From: Oopsacas minuta
Taxonomy: Eukaryota > Animalia > Porifera
Assembly: GCA_024704765.1 (NCBI GenBank)
Contig: JAKMXF010000304.1
Coordinates: 409,773 to 473,772, forward strand
Length of the DNA: 64,000 nucleotides
Direction: 5' to 3'
Within the stretch, counting starts at the first letter, position 1. The number at the start of each line of letters is the position of its first letter. Of the stretch, positions 53,643-64,000 are shown in pieces. The notes below the pieces were generated by a model. That model ran no database searches. It saw only the letters and a program-made list of their open reading frames with translations, and was not told the origin of the DNA. A program made the position numbers and the translations under genes.

Positions 53643-55630
53643 GGGGCCTCATTCACTAAACAACTTAATTTTTGCTTAATTTAAATTTAAGTAAAACTTA
53701 AGCATTCCTAAGTAAAATTTAAATTTGGTTAAGTATTCTTAGATATTCAAAACTTAATTGAATACTTAAAATTTGCTTAATTTATAAGCAAAGTTATAAG
53801 CAAACTTAAGTGTAATAACCTATGTGTGGTACTATATCTATTTACTCGAACAGTAGCCGGCCTCAATTTTTAGTTTACGAATTCTCGCCCTCTCAACGAC
53901 CAATTTCGAATTTGATCTCTATTTTGGAAATTTCATTAATCTAAGATGTCATAGCACCATGACCATATTCCTGAAATTTCTTATCAAATACCGTTCGAGC
54001 AGGGACCGAAAGAGATGTTTGGTAAATATTTCGAGGTAGGCAATTATTCACGTACGAGCTACTTCTCGAGTAAATACAGTACATCATAGTTTCCTGATCC
54101 ATTTAACAATATGGTAACATGTAGTCATAATATAACACCGAAAGCCATATAAAAGTAGGTTGGTGAATTAACCGATAATATTTTGATAATAATTGTGTAA
54201 AATCTAAACAAACAATTATAAAGTGGTGAAAGATACTGTTGATTGATCCAGCAGCTGAGAAAAGTTAAGTAGTTCTAAACTATATAAATTTTCGAAAAGA
54301 CTTTTAGTGTTTAAAGCATAAATTCGAAGAATGGACCATCAACAAGATAAAATAAAAAGAACATCGAAAAATTACTCACAGGAAGAAATCAATACATTAG
54401 TTGATTTAGTACAAGAAAATAAATCTGGCTATTTGGTAGCTTTAATGCATCTCTAACATTTGAAGAAAAAGCTTCACTTTGGGATTGGTTTAACAAGTCA
54501 ACACGATATGCATAGGTCTAGAGAGATCAAAGAGAATTTGGTATCTATTGGGAAAGTAGTCCAGTTACTGCCTGAAATGGTCCAAATCAAACAGTAATAA
54601 TTAATCTCCTGGCACAACAATCGTTTCGATTCGATGCTCCAAGCAGATTTCCAACGAATTTCCCTCCTGGTAATGTACCATAATCCACAATCTTTGATAA
54701 ATTCAGTTTTTTTGCATACTTATATCTGTGTATTGCTAAGTTAGAAAGTAAGGCAACGGCGTACCCCCGTGTCTCTAACTGTTATTATATAATTATATTC
54801 AAATGAATCTACATTTGCTATAATAACTAACATCAAAACTTAGCACCGAGTTTAATCAAAAGAAATGACTCTTGGATCACTTTTGTCGACTTTCACTAGG
54901 AAATTTAATATATCTACTTGCAATAGATGCTAAGCCATCACACACTGCATTGACACACCTTGATACAGATGTTTGTGAAATACCATGAGCAGAAGCAACT
55001 ACTGTCTGAAATGTACCAGTTGCTAGGAACTGTAGTGCTACTGCCAATTGTGTTGTTGGAGGTATGGAATGGGAACGTGTTGTTGATCGGAATAATTTAC
55101 TCGGTATCTCATTTAGAAGTTCCATAAAAATATAGCGAGAATTCTGTAACGAGCAATAGATTCTCCATCAGAATATTCATCTAAGGGATTTGGCCGATCT
55201 CTGAAAACTCTTTGACGGCGCAAGCTACTGGCAATTTCAAGTTCAAGAATATGAAGCGCTGATGCCATTGTTGATATCACAAAATTTCTATGTAGAATTA
55301 GATAGGACAACAACAACAACAACAATAGTATATATAGATACGTCCATCAATGGATAATCAATATACCTAAAATGAGAAGTTTGCTAGGAAAATTGCAATA
55401 GTGTAATATACAATCAAAGTTAAGTCAATTACGTATAAACATGACTTAAGTTTTTGGTAATATTTGGGTAAGTTTAAGCAAATACTTAGTTTTTGCTTAA
55501 GTTTTGTTTAGTGAATACCAACTAAAATCTAACTTAAGATTTGCTTGACTGTTACTTCATTTTAACCAAATACTTAGTTTTTGCTAAAATTGAGCAATCT
55601 TAAGTTAAGTTGTTTAGTGAATGGAGGCCC
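53643..55630. mobile_element. PIF/Harbinger element, internally deleted, two convergent gene relics
   Basis: TIR gggcctc(c)attcactaaacaacttaa with ttaagt-rich subterminal arrays. Nuclease relic on - (54877-55268: RRQRVFRDR, QLAVALQFLATGTFQ, GISQTSVSRCV). Myb/SANT-like relic on + (54331-54490: RTSKNYSQEEINTLVDLVQENK). Confidence 0.85.
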
Positions 55631-55827
55631 AGTTCTCTTATCGTTAATCTTCACAATTTGTCTACTTGGACCTGGCGGATAATTAATAATATAATTTCTC
55701 TCGCTATTTGATAGTGTATTCAAGTACAATTAGATAATATAAGGCTCTACCTCTAAATAGCGGACACTCTCTAAATAACGGATAACGGATCTGTTCCCAA
55801 AGGGTCGGCTGTTCAGAGGCTCTACTA

Positions 55828-57138
55828 CAGGGTGGCTTTTAAGTCCTGTCCCATGCAAAAACTATTATTTATCAATATATATATATATATATAGCTTGGT
55901 AATGATATTTATTCTTCTAATTTATGATTCAGAGACAAAACATAGTTCGCGAAATTTATTCAATATTGCCTCCCTCATTTTGTATTAAACGTGTAATTCT
56001 ATCTGGCAAGGCCTCAATAGCAGCACGGAGGGTTTTTGGGGAATTTTATTCCACTCTTGGCAAAGTTTCCTCTTCAGTGACTTGATACTTGTGTCAGAGT
56101 TAACACAAGCTTTCGCCTCGAGAATTGACCACACAGAATAATCCATGGGATTCAGGTCAGGACTGTAAGGAGGCCGTTCTTCTTTGGTTATAAAACCAGG
56201 AAAATTGTCATATACCCATGACTGGGTAACATTAGAAGTGTGCTGTCGCCCCGTCTTGCTGGAAAACAAATGAAGTACCTCCGAACATGTCTCGGCCTAT
56301 ATTCTTCAATACTGTCTCCAAAACCATTTCCCAAAAATTAATTGAATTGATTTGTACCCCTTCTGGTGCAAAAACCAATGGTGTCCGGTCCATTTTTAAT
56401 ACCCCTGCCCAACCAATCACCGATTTAGGGTTCTGTATTCGGCTTACATATCTGAATTTCTCGTCGAATTTGGAAGGAGATGATGTAAGTATACGATCAT
56501 TTTGTAAGTTGGTTGCCTCCTGGAGAGTGAATATTTTCTCATCTGAAGTAATATTTTTTCTAGATTTTCAACAGCGTACCTGCCCAACGTACCTTTATAT
56601 CTTGCAACCCTTTTGCTTTACCAATTGAGAAAGGAAGTCTACCTTCTTACGCTTGAATGAACTCATCCCTAAATCCCTTTTCACAATTTTGGTTATTGCA
56701 CATCTTGTTACTTTCAGATCTAGAGTCATTTCCTTATGGAACATCTAGGATTTCGGCGAATTCGCTGCGCGATGACTTTCCCTAAGCTGGGGTGGTTACT
56801 GGGCACGGACGGCCTGATCTCGTCATATCTTCAACTCTTCCAGTATCCTTGGATCGCCAAATAGTACAGTACACAAATTTCCTTTTGTTTAGAGGGAGTT
56901 TCAGGATTCTCAAAATTTCCCTTGAAGGATGTCCTTTTGTAAATCATTCTACAATTGCCGACCTCTCACGTTCCATCACTGATAAAATTGAAATTTCTCT
57001 ACAATTGTACTATGAAACTGTATATTTATGTTAAATACATTATAATAAGGTAAACTAATAAGATATATCTAATAGCAGAGACTCAGTATGGAAAGATGGT
57101 TCTTATAAATCATGGGACAGAACTTAAAAGCCACCCCG
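55828..57138 (-). mobile_element. Second DD37D (maT-like) element, broken transposase ~55956-56976
   Basis: TIR c(a/g)gggtggcttttaagt(c/t)ctgtcccatg; TA on both sides. Motifs FQQDGATAH and PPYSPDLNPMDYSVW with 37-residue spacing. Confidence 0.9.
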
Positions 57139-60100
57139 TATTAAAAATTTTCAAACGACTATTAAGAATTTCAGAAAGATGTAATCTTGGATCCAATTCG
57201 ACAGCGAACAAATACAGAATAATATTTTACACTTGTCGGCATCCTTTCATCGTTTGCACAACTTTCGGAATATCTTCCCCTAATTTTATAGTATTGTTTC
57301 AATGCCTATTGCTAACCTGAACTAAATATTTCGGAATCGGAGCATTGCTGTCCGGATTAGCGAGGGTGTAGGTGTACTGTATTGCCAAAATACTTATAAT
57401 TGGTATAAATGTGCTAAGGAAATTAAGAAGCATATAGCTATAGTCTATCTTAGAAGAAGATTACTGATTACCGCATTTCCCTTAACATTTTTCATAAATA
57501 TTTTGTGTTTTCAAAATTGTAAATATCTATTCAGGGAGATGTGGTATTTCATACTACCGCATTATGAATGGGGCAATACTACTTGCACTAGTTGTAATGG
57601 GCTAAAATAAATACAGCCAAGTGTTGTTATGTAAGAACATAGTTTGAGTTTGGATTCAATGTAATTAAAATAGCCTAAAAATTGGTGAACTTTAATTTAG
57701 GTGATCAATTTTAATAACCTTAGAAATAGTAGCTCATCTATTTTGATCATAATTCACTTCGCTTTAAATCAGGGGGGGCACAAACTCCTTTCTGCGCAAG
57801 CCGCATTCTAATTCCAAATATTTATGTCGGAAGTATTGATCTACGAGGCTACTACTACGTTCCATGTTCTAATTTATTAGAGAAACTCTACTATTTAATT
57901 GTAAAATATTCAATAATCATGTATAATATTTTACTAATATTGTTTGATGAAATTTCCGAATACGTAAGGATGTGTAAGAGAGTGATCTATTAGTGAGAGT
58001 ACTCAATTAACCTAACCCAAGTTGCCCACTCCTGCTCAAAACTGTCAAAATTCCCCCAGAATGTTGGTACCCAATGGGAAATCCTCTTGTATTTTCTTTT
58101 TATGAATCGTAATATTTCCCTTTGTAATAAATTTGATACTTTGTATATTTTTGGTATTCCATAACGAGCTATGTCCGTGCAGATATGTTCAGTAACTATC
58201 TATTACAGTAGGACCTCTAGTGAGGGAGGTCGTCCGGCGAATTTCCTAATTATACCCCATTCCCTATTTATAATTTCAAATGTAAATGTCCTTACCGAGA
58301 TTTGGAGTCAATATGTTTGGCTACTCCCTCAACGACAGCTATTTCAACGATATTTTGATTAATTTAATGTACCCTGAGGTTGTTGAAAATAGATTTTGTA
58401 AAAACATCTTCTGAGAAACCTAGAAATTTGAATTCCTCACAGTTATAAGTAAGTGGGTTTTTTCCAAACTTTGCACAAAATTTTTATTTAAGAAACTTTT
58501 CATAGGACTCCGACTTATAGAGTTAGGTTTTCATGATGTGATGTTTATAGAGAGAGCCAAATATTATCTACAGAGCTCAGCTCTAGTACAGCATTGCTCA
58601 ACTTGAGCACAATTTCGCCCATATTTTGTCAGTATAATGAAATACCAGAAATTTCATGAATCAATTTATTGTTTTTGAAATACCGGTTAATCTAGAGGCG
58701 AAAAGTTAAGTCAGGGGTGGAATCAGGTTATTAGACTATGATCTTAGTAACTACACCCCTGAAACACAATGGGAAACAACTATATGCGATATAAAAGCTC
58801 AATGTCCACAGAATTATATTCTACTGCTCAGCCAATATTCATGATACGTATATATTTGAAATTTGAAAAACAGGTACCCCAAATATGCCAAATGTCCTCT
58901 CGTCATCACTTTGACCCATTGTAAACTAATCAACTTTTACGACATTATGATCTCACTGAATATTCAAAATTTTTTGAATTCCTATATTTTTGATAATTTC
59001 ATAATACTTTATGCAAGAATTGCCCAGATTAGTGACCAAAAGCTATGTTTCAGCTCCATTGTTCCGTCAGAAGCCAATTTCATGTTTTGTTGATCGAGCA
59101 TGGATTATAAACAATTCAAATTTCTCGTATTGTTCTAACTCGAGTCATGAAGCGCCGAGTGTATCTCGTCGCTGAGTCACCAATGGCACTTACAAATGAA
59201 TCTATTTCTTATTTAAACTAAACCACGGACAAAGCTGAATGATACCTTTGCAACCTATCAAGCGAAACGTGTCTCTACTAGAGTATAGAATGCACACAAA
59301 TATAATGACTATGTTCCCGCTGGGAGACAGTAACCGCTATCCTGAGTTCAGTTTTTGAGATATTGACTTTAAATTTTTACATAGGTTCGGCAGGTATATG
59401 AATGCTCACTTCATCTAACATTTTTCTGATACATGCTCAATCACCATAATGACACAATATTTAGTCACTATTCTGTGTATATTGATGAAGTAATTATGGT
59501 AGATATTTGGAATGAACACTGAACATCTGTTACAACGTTGTGTTTAAAGGGTTTCTAGACTGATGATAGTTTCCAAGAACTTGGCATTTATGATCTCCTC
59601 CATTCTATATCCTCTCACAGTTTCCCTAACGTTTCCATTTTTTCTAGGAATATTCAACACACAAGTTGCGAGTTAGATATTCACCATCAAGACTGCAACC
59701 ACATAGTAACCTCCTTTACTCTCTACAGAGGGGTACCTAGCATTTCCTCTATAGTATTACCTGTGGTAGGTAGCAAGGTATACCCAGACCTTTTCTGAAA
59801 TACCCATTGATGCTGCCATCAATGGGTATTTCAGGATATATTGATTATTCGTAGTTTCTAACTAAGTGTTCGACAAATTTGTTAGACTTGCTGGCGTTAG
59901 CTTCCGAAGTTTTCTATTAGCTACCAAGATGGTGAAGCTGGTGGCTTGGTTGAGCCATCAAAATATATAAATTCTACATAGAGGTTATATACACTGGGAT
60001 TCGAAAATTGGTATTTTAATGGCTAATCGCAGCCAAATATATCATTTTGTGGCTTTACGTAACAACGATGAATTTTATTTTATTTCTTAACCGATTATGT

Positions 60101-61021
60101 GTTTTTAAGTTGCCCAGAGAGTTTGACTCAATGTACGACGTGCAAGTTGTACTATTTGGGTTGCTACTAGGTTTGCTGACAATTGTCCTGGGGTTTCCAT
60201 CAAGTCCCGAGCTATGACTATGAAACTTTGTAAGTTAATTCTGATTTTCTATGTATTTCATCCATTAGGATAATGATGTCGTCCAGAGAATCACTCATTT
60301 GTAGAGTGTTTAAGGAATTAAGAATTCATGTTCGTGTGCAAAACGTTGGAGAAATTGTATAATAGCTAATACAATTTCCCCAAAGTATTGCAATGAGTAA
60401 CATACTAGACTGACAAGGCATTATAATAATTGAATGCCTTTTTAACTTTGTAACAGCCTAACATGAAATGGGATCGTGTCTTAATTGACAAATATTTTAG
60501 GTCAAGATATTATTCTGCCTCCGGAACCAGGGTATTTTGAAGCTCACAACTAATATATTATACCTAATTAGTTTCACGACATTCTGCAAGTCATTATATG
60601 ACTTATAATTGAATTTGTTGGTTGTGATGTCATGCTGCCACCGTGAACACAGATAATCTCCTTCGTCAGAGAGCATACCATCCTCGAATATTAGGGATGT
60701 AACCTCTCTGATTCATATTAGTATTACCTTCCTGATTAAGAGATGTATATCCTCCCGACTAGTATACCTCCCTGACTACTAAGTGTATACCCAAGTATAT
60801 CATTCCTAACAAATGAGAGTATACCCTTTCTGAAGAATACTAGTGACCCTAATCCCACTTTGGTACCTATGGCTGACGCTATACCATGATCGTTGACTTT
60901 GAATCTTGCTTTGATGTATCTGAATATGTTAAAAATTTGATCTCATCTAGTAACATTTGGTGAGTTTCTCTTAGAGAATCTTTCACCTCTATGGTATTAT
61001 TTTCGAACACATTCATTTCTA

Positions 61022-62810
61022 CTGGTAGGCGTTCAATAAGTCTTTCTGGTGATATCCTAGGACAAGGTACAAACACTATATACATTAATTTACTACATTA
61101 TTTACTCGAAGTAATTCCCTCCTGCAGATACACATAGTTATTACCTTTCCACCCACTTGTAAACATATTTCTGTATTCTTCTTCGGAAACGGATTTGTAG
61201 TACTGGTACAGACAAGTTCCGAGTGCTTGTAGTGTATTAAAATCTTTGCCTTGAAGGTAGATTTTAAGCTTGGGAAATAGCCAACAATCACAAGGAGCTA
61301 GGTTTGGTAAGTATTGTAGTTCGGGAAGTAATTCTAACCCTTCTTCATCTAAGAACTTTTTTGGTAGCTTAGCTGATGGGAACTGGCGTTATCAATTAAA
61401 ATCATCATTTCACTAGTTCGGTTTTCAGGCGGTACTTTTCTATATTTTTATCAAGTTTGTAAGCACTTGCTCTGTTAAAGAACTAGTAATAACAGCTTTG
61501 CCACTCTCACAAGGTAATTGCAAGATGATTCCATGACTATTGAAGAAGATAGTATACATAATCTTACGGTTTCTGAAGTCGGGCCTATGAATTTTCTCCG
61601 CTTGTTCGCAGGGGCGGCGCCAGCATTTGGCGAACGGGGGGCTGGGCCTGGCGACAAGATTTATCGCGGGGGCCAAGCTCGCTCGACATATCTATTAAAT
61701 TAATCAACATTTCGCCTTTAATTGACAGAAAATTCTATGAACAGGTTTTTCGAGCTTTGCCAAATAGCCATCTGAGGACATAATTTAGTTGAAATAAAAT
61801 ATATCAAACATCGTAAGTAAAATACACAAAAATATTAAAATATATAACACAACGACTCATCAACTGAATGAGAAACAAGAGTTTCGGAGAAGTAAGGCGG
61901 AATATTAGCTAAATTAGGCATCTATAAAACAAAGTTAAAAACAAAATAAAACGAAGCAAGTTAGTTCAAACATTTCTAACTTTTTATCTCCTGAAAATAC
62001 GGAGGGGCTATAGAGGGGGGCTAGAGCCCCCCAAATTTGTCCTGGCGCTGCCCCTGGTTGTTCGTCCCCCATACCCCATGATCGCTTCTTATACTTGCTA
62101 TATGGTGTTGTATAGTATGCCCACGTCTCGCCACCAGTAATAATCTCTGTTAGGCCTCTAGAATCGCAGTTCTCATTAGTTTCCAAGAGTTTCTTGGCAA
62201 TATTCAGTCGTGCCAACCTTTGATTCTCACTGAGATTATGCGGGACCCATTTCCTACAAATCGATCGGTAGCCAAGCTCAGTCGTCAGAATTGCATGAAT
62301 AGCTCACGATGAAATCTCCATACTTTGTTCTAGCTAATTGACAGTAATGGACTTGTCTCCCATGACCGTACTTTCAATCAGTGCGATATTCTCTGCAGTA
62401 GTGGTTGATACCGGTCTTCCATATCGAGGCAAATCTGTGACATCAGCACCACCAGATCTAAAACGGGCAGCTCATCGCTCTACAGTTGATCTGAAAGGGC
62501 AATCTACGCAGAATATCCTCTGTAACTCGCTGAAGATCTGTACGGGCAGGATCTTGAGTTTTTGTGCGAAACTCTATGTAAGCTCCCCATTTGAGGTTGA
62601 AATTATCATCCTTTAACCTTTAAATTGAACAGTAGGTATGAATTAACTACGCGTAATTATCTCACAAAATCATAATTTGTATTGAATAAGCTTGAAACTT
62701 TCAGTATACGGGGTTTAACTATATGGGCTTATAATAAATGAATGTTAGATATATTCCTTGGCTAATTACTAAGATATAACCTGACTCGCAAGACTTATTG
62801 AACGTCCTGA
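61022..62810 (-). mobile_element. mariner (DD34D) element, degenerate transposase ~61102-62620, interrupted by a hAT MITE
   Basis: Shared terminal cgttcaataagtctt. Motifs KWVPHNL, IITGGETW (first D mutated to G), IDNASSH, LAPCDCWLFPKLK (34 spacing), GGNYFE*. About 1.33 kb after removing the MITE; left boundary approximate. Confidence 0.85.
61609..62056. mobile_element. hAT MITE (448 bp) nested in the mariner
   Basis: TIR caggggcggcgccag / ctggcgctgcccctg; 8-bp TSD cttgttcg/gttgttcg (7/8). Removal rejoins SWGMGDEQ to AEKIHRP. Confidence 0.88.
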
Positions 62811-63339
62811 TACATAAGATGTATGTATTATCTGTAATACAGTGCTTATCTAGAGTGCAAGGGTTTTCTAGGTGGTAGTGGGTACCTTAAAGTGCAAGTT
62901 CAGGAGCCATAAGGACATAAAGTTTCGACCGTCAGATTCAAATTTGTATAAATCAAAGGTTACCGTAGAAATTGTGTCATCCCAGCAGAGTGCATGCAAT
63001 AAAATGTGCTTATCCAGATTTCCTGCATAAATTTCCATTGGGTACTCTATGCGTAGTCTCCTTGGAACACACGTAGACAGTCTTGAGATCAGGAACATCT
63101 TGCCGATGGAGAGACAAAAGTAGACAGTATCTGAGTTCATTTGGTCCTGTGTAGCATCTTAAATTGCGACATTTGTCCCTCATTCTCATAGTTGCTTCAC
63201 CACTCAAATTTTCAAAACGGGGTGTAGTCCGTGCAACGTCAAATTTGATTCTATATATAACTAAGATGCATTAGAGCAAGTCTTTGCTGAAATATTCGGT
63301 CGCTAGAAGAACTTCTTTTTCGAGAAAAGTTGGGCGTTG

Positions 63340-64000
63340 CATTTCGGACATGTTTTCCCCACTCACCATATGCCTCACTACTCCAAGTATATATTTTGGA
63401 TTCTATTTTCTGTATTTCATATTAATTTCACCATCATGTGGCTCTCGAATAACTATTATTATTAGCTCTTTATGCTAATTCTCATCCAACTTAGATGAAA
63501 CAATGGTAAATCTATCTGATATTTTAGATTTTCTAGGCCTCTTACTCTTGCCACTATTTAATATAAATATATTTCTGCAACATGTATTTCAATTTTACAT
63601 AATTTACTAGGGTAAGTTGAGAAGTTTTCTAGCTATGGTGATATTTACACCATGCTAATGTCAACTAGTAGCGTATTGGCTTTGTGCAAGATTTAGTATC
63701 GTAATTTACTATAATTTATTGAGCATTGAAACTACAACCTCACAAGCAATCTAAATAATTTACAAATACTAAATTTAGATTATATATGCATTGGAATGTG
63801 TGTTCTATTCCATACTATGTCTGAATTGACCTTACCCTTAATATACTTCTGACCCCTAAAATACATATATAATGTACTCCTCCTCTTCGGAATTTCTGTA
63901 CCGATACATTCACTCATGGCTTCTATTATCTTATTTACATGTAGAGTATTATATTTTATGGCTGCCCTTAGCAAACTACTGCCTACCGTAAAACGCTGGA
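63340..64000. repeat. Second copy of composite repeat D, with an empty MULE target site; runs off the window end
   Basis: 63608-64000 matches 34641-34799 plus 38535-38768 with about 9 differences in ~390 bp. A single atttacaaa lies at 63758-63766. Confidence 0.95.

Noticed and set aside
57770-58034. hAT MITE
   Set aside because: TIRs are weak and only 5/8 of the TSD matches; not listed as a feature.
60879-61291. Two 68-aa ORFs as genes
   Set aside because: They are off-frame readings of, or span the end of, the mariner element.
62870-63210. Stop-interrupted frame as a mitochondrial insertion using TGA=Trp
   Set aside because: It also contains TAG and TAA stops and resembles no mitochondrial protein.

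Overview
AT-rich eukaryotic (metazoan-type, spliceosomal) DNA; the lineage cannot be fixed from this window. I saw no rRNA, tRNA, CRISPR array or prokaryotic operon. The only host gene I can support is a kinesin-3 most similar to KIF14, seen as two phase-compatible + strand exons (33021-33315, 49540-49760) separated by a 16.2-kb intron. The rest is mostly decayed, often nested DNA transposons. These include Tc1/mariner elements with DD34E, DD37E, DD37D (x2) and DD34D triads, a pogo relic, several hAT elements, a Chapaev3-like element, an intron-containing MULE, a two-gene Harbinger and many TIR-bounded MITEs. The least explained structures are four: a ~900-bp ancient foldback (42413-43318), a composite repeat with old inverted arms around a young core carrying an unassigned ORF (34461-39930, paralog 63340-64000), a decayed spliced CxC4/KDZ-like gene (~19950-20760), and an unusual target duplication around the hAT nested in the Chapaev3 element. 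I cannot claim a new functional system from sequence alone. Family names come from manual motif recognition and identity figures are hand estimates.
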